From: Octopus bimaculoides
Taxonomy: Eukaryota
NCBI RefSeq assembly: GCF_001194135.2
Contig: NC_069001.1
Coordinates: 36,384,091-36,432,689 of the forward strand
Direction: 5' to 3'
DNA: 48,599 nucleotides
The notes beneath the pieces are model-generated. The model worked only from the letters and a program-made list of their open reading frames with translations, was not told where the DNA came from and ran no database searches. Shown here piece after piece: positions 37,019 through 48,599 of the stretch. The translations under genes and the position numbers were made by a program. The first letter of the stretch is position 1, and each line of letters opens with the position of its first letter.

Positions 37019-37825
37019 ATTGATGTTTGGTTTTATGTCAAGTTACGTAGGAAAGAAAAAATTTAGACATTAAATTGAAGTATTGATTACTCAGTACTTT
37101 TTCTGTTAGAGTACATATTCATTAATTTTTACAAGGTAAAGGTTGACTGTAACTTCGAAGTTTTGGTTTTCTGACCAATGTCATACTGATGAAACGCTTG
37201 CAAGTCGAAACTTTGTGATCACTGTCAACCGTTTCCTTGTAAAATTTCATATATACATAAAAATATATACACACACAGCACACATATATATATGTGTGTA
37301 TGTGTATGTATATATGTATGTATATGCAGATTTCTCTTTCACTTGTTAATTCTATATTCTTATACTGCATCTCTTCAAAAAAAACAAACCAGTGGGGGTC
37401 GAAGAAAGCAAGAAAACGGGAACCAAACAAGGGCCAGAGAGCAAAAACAAAAAGAAAGAACGAGACCCTATTTTGTTCCCTCATGTGAATAATTTCTAGG
37501 TAGAGGCATCAGTCTACACTTAATTGAATTCAGCCCACTCCCCCCCGTTTCCAGAACCCTCACTACCCTCTCCTCAGAATCCTGCCCCATTCCCCGCTCG
37601 GTTGGTTATCTCTGGAAAATCTACATCCATCCTGGTTGCATATCTTCATCACGTTTTTTTTTTTGTTTTTTGTTTTTTTATCAATGGTGTTGGATGTTTT
37701 GGACATNNNNNNNNNNNNNNNNNNNNNNNNNNNNNNNNNNNNNNNNNNNNNNNNNNNNNNNNNNNNNNNNNNNNNNNNNNNNNNNNNNNNNNNNNNNNNN
37801 NNNNNNNNNNNNNGACGAGCCAATG

Positions 37826-38270
37826 TCTTGTGAATGACTGTGGTTGACAGAAACCATTATGTACATACATGTATGTGTGTGTGCATGTATGTACATATGT
37901 AATTTATGTATGTATGTAAGTGTCTGTGTGTTTGTATGCATGTATGTATGTGTGTGTATGTATGTATGTATGTGTATATATGCAATTATATATATATATG
38001 CACACATATATATATGCAATTATGTATATATATGTGTGTGTGTGTGCGTGGGTTATGTATATGTATGTGTTTGTGTTTTCCCCACTGTCACCTCTCAGCA
38101 ACAGGTGTCGGCTTGTTTATGTCCCTCATGACTTAGCAATTTAGAATGAGAGCAATAAAATAAGTAAAAAAAAGAAAAGAAGAAGTAATTACTGGGACTG
38201 ACTTGTTTGACCGACCCCCTTTGTGATGATGCTCCAGCATGGCCACAGAGCACTGATTGAGACAAAGAGA
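37826..38270 (+). mobile_element. SINE family A with expanded internal (TA/TG)n microsatellite
   Basis: Core remnant at ~37826-37858, microsatellite to ~38070, then body and tail GATGCTCCAGCATGGCCACAG. Confidence 0.75.
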
Positions 38271-38279
38271 TTCGTAGGG

Positions 38280-38595
38280 CACCACTTTGAAGAATTTTGG
38301 TCAAACGAACCAACCTCAGAACTCATTATTTTTCAAGCCTGATACTTATTCTATTGGTCTCTTTTGCTGGACTGCTAAGTCACAGGGATATAAACACACC
38401 AACACCGATTGTCAAGCGGTAGTGGAAGACAAACACATTCACACACACACAAACACACACACACATACAAACACACACACGCACACACATACATATATAT
38501 ATGATGGGCTTCGTTCAGTTTCCATTTACCAAATCCACTCACAAGGCTTTGCTTAGTCCATGGCTATTGCAGAAGCCACTTGCCCAAAGTGCCAT
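38280..38595 (-). mobile_element. SINE family A (body + core), tail-to-tail with the previous copy
   Basis: GATACTTATTCTATTGGTCTCTTTTGC...CCAAATCCACTCACAAGGCTTTG...CACTTGCCCAAAGTGCCA. Confidence 0.88.
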
Positions 38596-39319
38596 GAAGA
38601 ATTCTTAAAAACTTAGCATTTTTTTCTCTTCATTTCTTTGTTCCAACCCTTCCTAAATATGACTGTTCAGAGTTTCTGTCGCTCTGCCAGGACCAGAATA
38701 ATTAACCTATTTTTTCTTTCTTCTAAGTTGAAGCAAACACTTTACATGCTAATTTTTAGATATTTTTGATATTTCACTTGTAGGTTGCGGGGCGGGGTTA
38801 CAGTAGCATCATTAATTACAGGTTACTGGGTCACTGCATTTCTGACAGTGAGAGTGACAAGGGAGTATCTGTAAATTAGAGCAAAACAAACACCACAGGG
38901 GACATCATTTGATATACACCAGTTTTAAAACTTTTCCTACTGATGTTTTTATCTTTTGCAAATATACATCAGCAAAAGGTGTATACACACACAGACATAT
39001 ATTCCAACATACATATATATCATAATGTTGTGGGTGTGATGCATACATGGGTATATATATATATATATACGTTATATTGTGTATAGACATTATCTAATAT
39101 AGATCTCAATAGGAATTTTCAAATCCAAAAAGCAAACATTATTAGTAACTGTTATATACAAATATATCACTTATCATTTAATGTCTGTCTTCCATGTTGT
39201 ATATATATATATTCATTCTTACATTATATATATGCATATATATATATGTGTATGTATATGTGTGTGTATGTATGTATATATACGTACATGCACACACTCA
39301 CAAACAATGGAGATCAATG

Positions 39320-39482
39320 CTTCCTTTTGCTCTTCAGTTCATGTGAGACTGTCCAACCCATGCCAACATGGAAAAAAGGATGTGAAATGATGTGTGTGTC
39401 GCTTTATGTGTGTATATGTACATATACACACATGTATGGATATAAGTTTATATATATATATATAGAAGTGAGTTTATATGTT

Positions 39483-39521
<39 letters not shown>

Positions 39522-39770
39522 ATGTGTGTGTGTGTGCATTTATATATATATATACTTATGTTTATATATATGTAATGTTTATACACATTTTTTTGTTTAT
39601 ATATATATATATATATATATTCTGCTGGGTGGTTGGTGTTAGAAAGGGCATCCAGCCGTATAAGCTGTGCCAAAACAGACACTGAAGTCCGGTACATATA
39701 TCTGCCTGGTCAGCTCCTGTCCAACCCATGCCAGCATGGAAAGCAAACATTAAACAATGATCATGATGAT
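39320..39770 (+). mobile_element. Two family C 3' ends (39320-39392 and 39625-39770)
   Basis: TCCAACCCATGCCAACATGGAAA and AGAAAGGGCATCCAGCC...CCAACCCATGCCAGCATGGAAAGC...ATGATCATGATG. Confidence 0.8.
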
Positions 39771-39834
39771 ATATATATATATATATGCGTATATGAATGC
39801 ATGTCTGTTTATGTTTACACATATTCTGTATAAG

Positions 39835-39945
39835 CTTCGACCAAGTTTCCATTAATCATATTCCGCTATACGACACTGGCCAGCCTGAGGCCCACATTCG
39901 ACGACGCCTGCTTACTCAAAATGTCACACAGCAGGATCGAACCCA
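39835..39945 (-). mobile_element. Diverged family A-like SINE head
   Basis: GGCCAGCCTGAGGC...CTTACTCAAAATGTCACACAGCAGGATCGAACCC. Confidence 0.55.
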
Positions 39946-41029
39946 CTGTCAGTCCACCACCATCCTAGCAGCTTCCCATGGTTGCATTGCTGACTTCTTG
40001 AGCCATGCGAAACCCCTTTATTTCTTCTGTAAATCCCTTCTGTTGCCCACCAAAACAATCAATAGATCTTCTCCGGTCATATCTACCTCAGCAACAGCGA
40101 GCTAAGTCACTAACTCGGTAAAACTGCTAAGTGAGGCAAGGATGGTTGCTCGGTCGCTTGGCCGGCCGGCCAGTCGGTCAGTCGGCTGGTCAGTGGTGAA
40201 TTATTATTGATCTGTAATCACTTGTATGTCAACATCTCCTGATATCAATTATCTTATGTATTCTACTGTCCGTGTGTGTATGTGTACATACACATATATA
40301 TATATATGTATGTATATATATGTATTTATATATATACATGCATATATATGCATGTGTGTACTTGCACATATAGACATACACACATATATATATATACACA
40401 CGTACACACACGTATAGATATATATATATATACATACATAAACATTACTTGTGTTATGTGTGTAGACATCTGATTACTTATTCAGATATCACTTACATTT
40501 TCATCCAGTCTCATCCACACACACACTCGCATATATACATGAACTCATTCTCTCTTTCCCTCTATCTCTCTCTAACACACTACACACTCACACACACAAC
40601 ACATAAACTCTCTCTCTCTATGTATCTTTGTCTTTCTCTCTCTCTCTCCCTCTATCTTTCTCTTTCTGTCTCTCATACACAAAACATGCCTACACAATAT
40701 ACATACTCTCTCTTTTTCTCTCTCTCTCTCTCTCTCCCTCCTTCTCTCTCTCTCCCTATCATTCGCTAGAAATAATTTTCCTTCTTTCTATTTTATTTCT
40801 CATGTCCATCAGATATCAGTTTTTGTTTTTTTAATTTAATTTAATTTAATTTAATTTTTATATGCAAAAGCTTTATATTTTCATGTTAAGGGTTAAGTTG
40901 GTAGCTGTCAATATAAAGGAATTTGACTCATTTCTAGCACATTGTACAGCTATGTACAGGCTCCCTTATACAGAGATTCTGTGATTGTTGTTGTTGTTAC
41001 TGTTTATCCTTCACATCATCTCTTATTAC

Positions 41030-41680
41030 AGTAGGCCTTGGATCAAAACTCTTCCAGCCATGACCATCTCATCTGTTTTTGTCTTATTTTTGAGGGAGAG
41101 TATATCTTGGACTACTTTACCCAATTGTTACATATTTCTGTTTAGAGAAAGACAATAGTTGTATGTATGATTTGAAGGGAGTTTGGCTGTTGTTTCTAGC
41201 ACACTGCACGTCCCATATTGTTGTTGTTGTAGCCCTAGGTCAGTCCTGATAGAAACACTCGTGGTCAAAGGTGTTTCCATAGTAACCATCTAGTCCCTTT
41301 TTTTATGCCATAGTGTATCTAGAACTATATCATCCATTATGTCCTGTCTTATGCTAGTAGGAAATTTAGCTGCTATGTCTAGTGGATCAAGCAATTGCAT
41401 ACAAGTTCCCACATTGTCTCAAAAAAGATTTTTTAAAAACTATGTTATCATTGGTGTTTAGCCCTAGGTCAGTCCTTGTGGAGACAGATCTTTGACCTGT
41501 GATCAAAGGTCTTCTTGCACAACTAACTTTAGCATTTTTTTTTTTTTGCATGGAGGTGGTGGAACATTAGATGTATCCAAAACCACATTGCTTAATGTGT
41601 CCTCCTTCTGTTTTATGTACAAATTGGCTGGTGTTTCTAGCAAATCGTGGCACCACATAGAGGCAACCTCTTTGGTTCAT
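41030..41680 (+). repeat. Three tandem diverged copies of repeat family D
   Basis: TAGCCCTAGGTCAGTCCT at ~41230 and ~41459; three ATCAAA/GTCAAAG ... TTGGCTG..TTTCTAG blocks. Confidence 0.7.
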
Positions 41681-41709
41681 TAACATCTAAATTTGCTGTA
41701 TGAGAAACC

Positions 41710-41905
41710 ATCATCATCATTTTCTTTTTTTTACATCAGCATTCTATGCTGGCATGAGTTAGAGTTGTCATAGTCCAAGTCGCTTCTTTCTAGAAGCCAT
41801 TGCTCTCAGAAAGACTGGTGCTTGTACATTAAATTTTTGACTCAGTTTCTATGATTAGATGCCATTCCTATCACCAACCACTTTACAGAGTGTACTGGGT
41901 GCATT
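41710..41905 (-). mobile_element. Family C 3' end (diverged)
   Basis: (CAT)n...CTATGCTGGCATG...GATGCCATTCCTATCACCAACCACTTTACAGAGTGTACTGGGTGC. Confidence 0.75.
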
Positions 41906-41922
41906 TTATCATGGTTTTGTTG

Positions 41923-42082
41923 GCACTCCGTCGCTTACGACGTCGAGGGTTCCAGTTGATCCGATCAACGGAACAGCCTGCTCGTGAAATTAACTCTACA
42001 GACACGTGTACCCTTAACGTAGTTCTCGGGGATATTCAGCGTGACACAGTGTGACAAGGCTGACCCCTTGAATTACAGGCAC
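41923..42082 (-). mobile_element. SINE family E 3' part, young CpG-rich copy
   Basis: Reverse complement of 20395-20546, with CpGs where that copy has TG/CA. Confidence 0.85.
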
Positions 42083-42454
42083 AAATTGTTCCCTTTAACA
42101 TGGTACCAGCATGTTAAACTACGAGACTAATCAACTACCAAAATTAATTTAACTTTCTGCTTCGCTTTATGTAAATATGATGATTGGTGAAATATTGATG
42201 AAACATGGAGGACACATTAGGTCTGTTCTTTGGCATGTTGGTCCCACATGTTGGTCCCCCACACCGTGTTGAATCAGTGATGCCAAATAAGCAGTTCCAT
42301 AACAGCTGTACCAAAATGTTCCGTACTCACTTGAGAGTGTGTCGAGTCCTCAATGAGTTAGTACTTAACGAACTTCATAATCCTATGCTACCTCTGCTTG
42401 TTTGCTAACCATTTTTAAAATACTGTTTGTGGATACTCAATTTATAATTTTGTT

Positions 42455-42528
42455 GTGTGGATCCCCAAAAATCTTATATGGACCCTCAGGGGACTCATGG
42501 ACCCCAGTTGAAAACTGTTGCTTTAGAG
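42455..42528. mobile_element. Possible hAT-type MITE right end
   Basis: GGGACTCATGGACCCCAGTTGAAAACTGTTG followed by CTTTAGAG resembles a hAT TIR plus an 8-bp TSD-like site; left end not found. Confidence 0.4.
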
Positions 42529-42563
42529 TGTGGCTCTTTTCCGCATATATGAACTGCTGACAA

Positions 42564-42626
<63 letters not shown>

Positions 42627-43325
42627 GTATGAGATGCACCNNNNNNNNNNNNNNNNNNNNNNNNNNNNNNNNNNNNNNNNNNNNNNNNNNNNNNNNNNNN
42701 NNNNNNNNNNNNNNNNNNNNNNNNNNNNNNNNNNNNNNNNNNNNNNNNNNNNNNNNNNNNNNNNNNNNNNNNNNNNNNNNNNNNNNNNNNNNNNNNNNNN
42801 NNNNNNNNNNNNNNNNNNNNNNNNNNNNNNNNNNNNNNNNNNNNNNNNNNNNNNNNNNNNNNNNNNNNNNNNNNNNNNNNNNNNNNNNNNNNNNNNNNNN
42901 NNNNNNNNNNNNNNNNNNNNNNNNNNNNNNNNNNNNNNNNNNNNNNNNNNNNNNNNNNNNNNNNNNNNNNNNNNNNNNNNNNNNNNNNNNNNNNNNNNNN
43001 NNNNNNNNNNNNNNNNNNNNNNNNNNNNNNNNNNNNNNNNNNNNNNNNNNNNNNNNNNNNNNNNNNNNNNNNNNNNNNNNNNNNNNNNNNNNNNNNNNNN
43101 NNNNNNNNNNNNNNNNNNNNNNNNNNNNNNNNNNNNNNNNNNNNNNNNNNNNNNNNNNNNNNNNNNNNNNNNNNNNNNNNNNNNNNNNNNNNNNNNNNNN
43201 NNNNNNNNNNNNNNNNNNNNNNNNNNNNNNNNNNNNNNNNNNNNNNNNNNNNNNNNNNNNNNNNNNNNNNNNNNNNNNNNNNNNNNNNNNNNNNNNNNNN
43301 NNNNNNNNNNNNNNNNNNNNNNNNN

Positions 43326-43356
<31 letters not shown>

Positions 43357-43889
43357 AACACAAAACACACACACACACTGTTTCTACCTCTATTTCTCCT
43401 AATCGAACTGAACGCACAAAAAAAAAACTATTTACAAACAAAACAATGTCGAAACAAAGAAATAATAGGATCTGTTTAACTCTCAAACACAGTTTATTTG
43501 ATGCCATTATTATTAACAATAATACATTCTGTTGTGAATCTGCAAAAACTGTGTTGTTATCGGCTTTAGATAACTGATTTAGCCCCGAGAAACACTCTCC
43601 TCCATGTTGCTGGTATCATTTGATTATTTTCTCCTTTGTTTTGGGATTGTTTGTTTTGTGGGGTTTTTGCTTTTGTTATTGCGGCACTGTGGAACTATAT
43701 GTGTGTATGGTGAGAGTATGAAGTTAAATCCCTTTCTGTTTGAGCCCCAGGCAGAACAATGAATCCAGTGGACCCCTGCTTCCACTCCATGCTACTTTCT
43801 GATCATATAATGGAAAAAAGAATTGAAGAGAAAGAGGGAGAGAGAGAGAGAGAGAAATATTGGATTGTTCTGGATTGTAATTTTGCATA

Positions 43890-43892
43890 CAT

Positions 43893-43928
<36 letters not shown>

Positions 43929-44036
43929 ATAGATAGACAATTAGACAGATGGATAGACAAGTAGATAGATGGATAGACAAGTAGATAGATATATAGATAG
44001 ACAAGTAGATAGATAGATAGAGAGAGAGAGAGAGAT

Positions 44037-44072
<36 letters not shown>

Positions 44073-44096
44073 CAAGTAGATAGATGGATAGACAAG

Positions 44097-44129
<33 letters not shown>

Positions 44130-44207
44130 ATAAGATAAGATAGATAGATAGATAGATAGATAGACAAGTAGATAGATGGATAGACAAGTAGATAGATAGA
44201 TAGATAG
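43890..44207. repeat. Compound (GATA)n/(GA)n satellite with recurrent GACAAGTAGATAGAT unit
   Basis: Read directly. Confidence 0.9.
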
Positions 44208-45257
44208 TTATGATTGGATGCACTCAACGAGGGACAATTAAACTGCATAGGTTTCAACTCTAATGTTAAACATGCCATGGGTATTTCTTTAGCAACTGTC
44301 AGATAATGTGTTTGCTCCATGCTGGCCCTTTAAGCTGCATCAACAGGTTGCATCTATAATGTGGCGTCATGTGCTGCTGGATGCTGAATCATGTGTAACA
44401 AATGGAATGCAGGAGTACCAAGTGACACCCATGTTCTTTCCTCTTATGGTATATACGCATAGATATATATATATATATATANNNNNNNNNNNNNNNNNNN
44501 NNNNNNNNNNNNNNNNNNNNNNNNNNNNNNNNNNNNNNNNNNNNNNNNNNNNNNNNNNNNNNNNNNNNNNNNNNNNNNNNNNNNNNNNNNNNNNNNNNNN
44601 NNNNNNNNNNNNNNNNNNNNNNNNNNNNNNNNNNNNNNNNNNNNNNNNNNNNNNNNNNNNNNNNNNNNNNNNNNNNNNNNNNNNNNNNNNNNNNNNNNNN
44701 NNNNNNNNNNNNNNNNNNNNNNNNNNNNNNNNNNNNNNNNNNNNNNNNNNNNNNNNNNNNNNNNNNNNNNNNNNNNNNNNNNNNNNNNNNNNNNNNNNNN
44801 NNNNNNNNNNNNNNNNNNNNNNNNNNNNNNNNNNNNNNNNNNNNNNNNNNNNNNNNNNNNNNNNNNNNNNNNNNNNNNNNNNNNNNNNNNNNNNNNNNNN
44901 NNNNNNNNNNNNNNNNNNNNNNNNNNNNNNNNNNNNNNNNNNNNNNNNNNNNNNNNNNNNNNNNNNNNNNNNNNNNNNNNNNNNNNNNNNNNNNNNNNNN
45001 NNNNNNNNNNNNNNNNNNNNNNNNNNNNNNNNNNNNNNNNNNNNNNNNNNNNNNNNNNNNNNNNNNNNNNNNNNNNNNNNNNNNNNNNNNNNNNNNNNNN
45101 NNNNNNNNNNNNNNNNNNNNNNNNNNNNNNNNNNNNNNNNNNNNNNNNNNNNNNNNNNNNNNNNNNNNNNNNNNNNNNNNNNNNNNNNNNNNNNNNNNNN
45201 NNNNNNNNNNNNNNNNNNNNNNNNNNNNNNNNNNNNNNNNNNNNNNNNNNNNNNNNN

Positions 45258-45290
<33 letters not shown>

Positions 45291-45724
45291 ACCCTTTCAC
45301 CCACCCTACCCACCTGCCAATCAACCTACCTGCCACCTGTTTGAATGAAGAACTAAACCAATTCTCTTTGAGTGGGTGAATGAGTCAACAGTGAAAAGTC
45401 ACTTGAAATTCCTTTGAGTTTGTAGGGTCTTTTTTATTTTTCAAAGAATTTTCATCATTTCATTCCTGAATGTATTTCAACAGGATCATAAAATTGTTTT
45501 GGGGATGAAAAATTTTTCAAACTTTAATTTAAAAAAAAATTTTTTTAATCAATTGGTTGATTGCTTTTTGTCATTTTCTTTCCTTTTTTTTGTTTTGCTT
45601 TGTTGTCTTATCATAGTCATTCTTTAATTAATTTATGTAATTAATTGCCTTTCATTTATCGAGTTTTGGTTTTTTTTTATAAGTTAGTCATGGGTTTGGT
45701 GCTACGTTTTCCCATCACTTTTGG

Positions 45725-46098
45725 CACGAATTTGCTTCCCAACTTCATGATTCTGGGTTCAGTCCCAATAAGTGGCACCTTGGGCAAGTGTTTTCTACTA
45801 TAGTCTCAGGTTGACCTATTTTTTGAGTGGATTTGGTAGATGGAAACTGAAAGAAGCTCATCGTGTATATATGTATGTGTGTGTGTTTGTGTTTGACTTT
45901 TCTCCTCAGCCATTGATTGACAACTGGTGATGGTTTGTTTACATCCCTGTAACTTAGCGATTCAGCAAAAGAGCCTGATAAAATAAGTGCCAGACTTTAA
46001 CAAAATGATTAACAACTAGGGTCAATTTGTTTCGACTGAACCCTTCAAGGTGATGCTCCAGCATGGCTGCAGTCTAATGACTGAAGCAACAAGTAAAA
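45725..46098 (+). mobile_element. SINE family A, near full length
   Basis: Head, core, internal microsatellite, body and tail GATGCTCCAGCATGGCTGCAGTCTAATGACTGAAGCAACAAGTAAAA. Confidence 0.9.
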
Positions 46099-46129
46099 CA
46101 ACGCTGTGTGTTTGTGTGCATAGATACAC

Positions 46130-46370
46130 GTGTCTTTGTGCCTCCTTGTCTTAATGTCATGATAGTCGTAAACGAGCACCCCTGTCGTCCAAGCGGTGTC
46201 ATTTGGTGCCAATCTTCCATGACAACAAGAGGGAAATATTACCTTGTTCAGAAAACAGGTGAGAGACAAAGGCTGGCAACAGGAAAGGCATCCAGCCATG
46301 GAAATCTGCCCTGTGGTTTCCATCCGACCGACCGACCCTTGAAAGCACAGAAACTGCAAACATTAAAACA
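46130..46370 (+). mobile_element. Alternative body + family C-type tail fragment
   Basis: Matches the reverse of 7520-7680; contains AGGAAAGGCATCCAGCC. Confidence 0.65.
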
Positions 46371-46649
46371 AGGACAACAACGACAACAAGAATGACGGAA
46401 TCAAAACTGTTTCAGATCTTAAAAAGAAAGCCATGAGCACTTGTAACGGTCCAGCCATCCAAACGACCATTCTTTTATAATAATGAAGTAATCCTCTTAG
46501 AATAATAACATCACAGTATTTATGGAAAAGAAAGCATGGAAATCCCAAATTCTTTATTAGTTTTGGTATTGGGTTAATGAAATGGAGGATGCTTCTTTCC
46601 AGAACATTTTGGTAGTTTTTGCAGTTTTACAAGAATCTCTAGTGGCTTT

Positions 46650-47372
46650 CAAAACAAATCTTTATTCTTCATCTCATTCTTCTTTCTTATTCTTAATCTT
46701 GTTACGCAAACTGCTTTCTTTCTTTCTTTTCATCCTTTTCTTTCCTTCTTTCTTTCTTTCTTTCATTCATTCATCCTTTCTTTCTTTCTTTCTTTCCTTC
46801 TTTCTTTCTTTCCTTCTTTCTTTCTTTCTTTCTTTCTTTTCCCCATCATGAGATCTCCATCTTTCTCTCTTCCTTCTTATCTATTTTTCTTTCTCTCTTT
46901 CCTTTGTTTCCTTCTTTCTTTTCTCTTTCCTTCGTTTCCTTCTTTCTCTCTTTCTTTCCTGCTTCCTTCCTTCCTTCCTTTCTTTTCCTTCCTTCCTTTC
47001 TTTTCCTTCCTTCCTTTCTTTTCCTTCCTTCCTTCCTTTTCCTTCCTTCTCCTTCCTTCCTTCCTTTCTTTCTTTCTTTCTTTCTTCTTTTTGACTTCAT
47101 CTTCAGATTCCCCTTTTTATTTTTTCTTTCTTCTTCCTACATTCCTTCTTCTCTCTCTATCTCTCTCCTTCTTCCTCTCTCTCTCCCCCTCTCTCCCTCT
47201 CTCTCCTTCTCTCCTTCTCCCTTTCTCTCTCTCTCTGCCTTCCTCATTTCCCTTCTCTCTCTCTCATCCTCTCTTTCATTCAATCTTGTTTTTGCCTTCT
47301 CCATCTGATCTTTTCTTCTTTTTCATTCTCATTCTTCTGTCTTTCTATCTCTCTTCCTCCTTTCTACCCTCT

Positions 47373-47403
<31 letters not shown>

Positions 47404-47410
47404 CTCCTCC
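46650..47410. repeat. Long polypyrimidine tract ((CTTT)n,(CCTT)n,(CT)n)
   Basis: About 760 bp, nearly purine-free on the + strand. Confidence 0.92.
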
Positions 47411-48599
47411 TCCACCTGTTGAAGTCTTTATTTCAATTTGATGATGACAATCAGATAACTCAATCTCAGACGCAAAAGTCCTATCTGCAACTTTTAAAAA
47501 CCAATCATGGCATTAAACAAAAATAAAAACAAATAAAATAAAATAAAAACAAATAACTATATAAATATATAATAAACAAGTAAACGAATAAAAGTTTATA
47601 AATAAGTAAAACAGAAATACAAGGAAATGGGTTTTAGTTTTTCTTGTCATAGCGGCAAGAAGGAAAAACGGTTTGGAAAACCAGAACTGCTGTGAGCATT
47701 GTGTTCTAAATAATAATGATGATAATAATAATGATGATGGTGATGGTGATGATGATGATGATGCTTACAGGTGTTGGGAAGGCACTTGACAAGAAATGGA
47801 AGCAAAACAGAAAGAAGAAAAATAATGATAATAATAATGAATATTGTAACTTATACAAGAGGAAGAAAAAAATTATCCAATAATAATAATAATGATGATG
47901 ATGGTGGTGGTGGGGATGATGCAGGTGGTAGTGGTGGTCGTCGTCATGGTAAAGATGATAATACTGGTGATGATGATGATAGTGGTATCGATGACAACTT
48001 GTTCCAACTGATTGTTAGTTGATAAGAATTTCTAGCTAAAGTTCACTGAGTCAATCAATCGAAAGATTATTTACTTACTTTACTGAAGACAAAGCAAAGA
48101 CAGATTGCCATTCCTGGGCTTTGACTCTTTTCTTTCCTTTCCTTTTCTTTTCTCTTTTTGTTTTGTGTTTTCATTTTTTATTAATTTATTTTGTTTTTAA
48201 TTTTGGGGTCCTGTTGATTTTCTATATGTTACTTTTGATTGGCTCTGTTGGAGAGAGAAAGATTGGTGGATAGGTAGGTAGGTAGGTAGAGACAGATAGG
48301 TAGGTAGGTAGGTAGACTGACAGACAAACTGATAGATAGATAGATAGATAGACAGACAGACTCATAGATCAATAGAGTGATAGAAAGATAGATTGACAGG
48401 CAAACAGGTTGATAGATGTACATAGATGGATAGGATAGACAAGTACTTCAAGACAAACACCACCATACAAACATACATACATGCTTACATGCATCCATAA
48501 TTATATACATATACACATACATGCATACACCCACTCATGCACAAACTTACACACACACACACACACACACACATAAATCCTCATCATTGTCATAATGTC

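Larger units (their letters stand above)
5511..45257. other. Assembly gaps: 5511-5683, 10749-11614, 18959-19667, 22045-22054, 27617-27626, 29631-30271, 32975-33338, 36570-36977, 37707-37813, 42641-43325, 44482-45257
   Basis: N runs totalling ~4.7 kb, mostly flanked by microsatellites. Confidence 0.98.
1609..48599 (+). other. Giant intron of the navigator gene (>=47 kb; 3' end not seen)
   Basis: No recognisable downstream navigator exon and no other credible gene. The region is filled with SINEs and simple repeats. An exon hidden in an N-gap cannot be excluded. Confidence 0.7.

Noticed and set aside
5425-45348. Long ORFs containing X runs
   Set aside because: Artefacts of reading through N-gaps.
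6475-48423. Dozens of ORFs rich in YI, CV, HT, LS, SIYL or FL
   Set aside because: Translations of (TA)n, (TG)n, (CA)n, (CT)n, (GATA)n and (CTTT)n microsatellites.
1-48599. Horizontally acquired or prokaryote-type system (operon, phage, defence locus)
   Set aside because: No gene-dense block, compositional island or recognisable prokaryotic protein anywhere in the window.

Overview
Eukaryotic (metazoan) genomic DNA, most likely an octopus/coleoid cephalopod draft assembly; this is inferred from the SINE families and extreme microsatellite load. The only convincing coding sequence is a large internal exon (open from the window edge, 2..1608, + strand) of a neuron navigator gene (NAV2/NAV3 / unc-53 / sickie family). 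It ends in a phase-2 GT donor. The remaining ~47 kb reads as one giant intron: the expected next exon (S-[WF]-DDSSS-like) is not visible. The intron holds about 35 SINE/interspersed-repeat copies from at least 5 families, abundant micro/minisatellites and 11 N-gaps (~4.7 kb). Almost all other ORFs in the track are microsatellite or N artefacts. I see no prokaryote-type system and cannot claim a proven new system. The best leads are: (i) candidate intronic alternative first exons, phase-compatible with the navigator frame, lying in SINE-free CpG-retaining zones (~35.3 kb, ~15.8 kb); (ii) a tRNA-derived SINE that repeatedly forms head-to-tail arrays joined by its own (ATT)n tail; (iii) closely spaced inverted SINE pairs that could form dsRNA (ADAR substrates); (iv) conserved 3' hairpins in two SINE tails; (v) a minisatellite with a 4-monomer 159-bp higher-order repeat. 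Repeat boundaries are read by eye and approximate; family labels A-E are my own.
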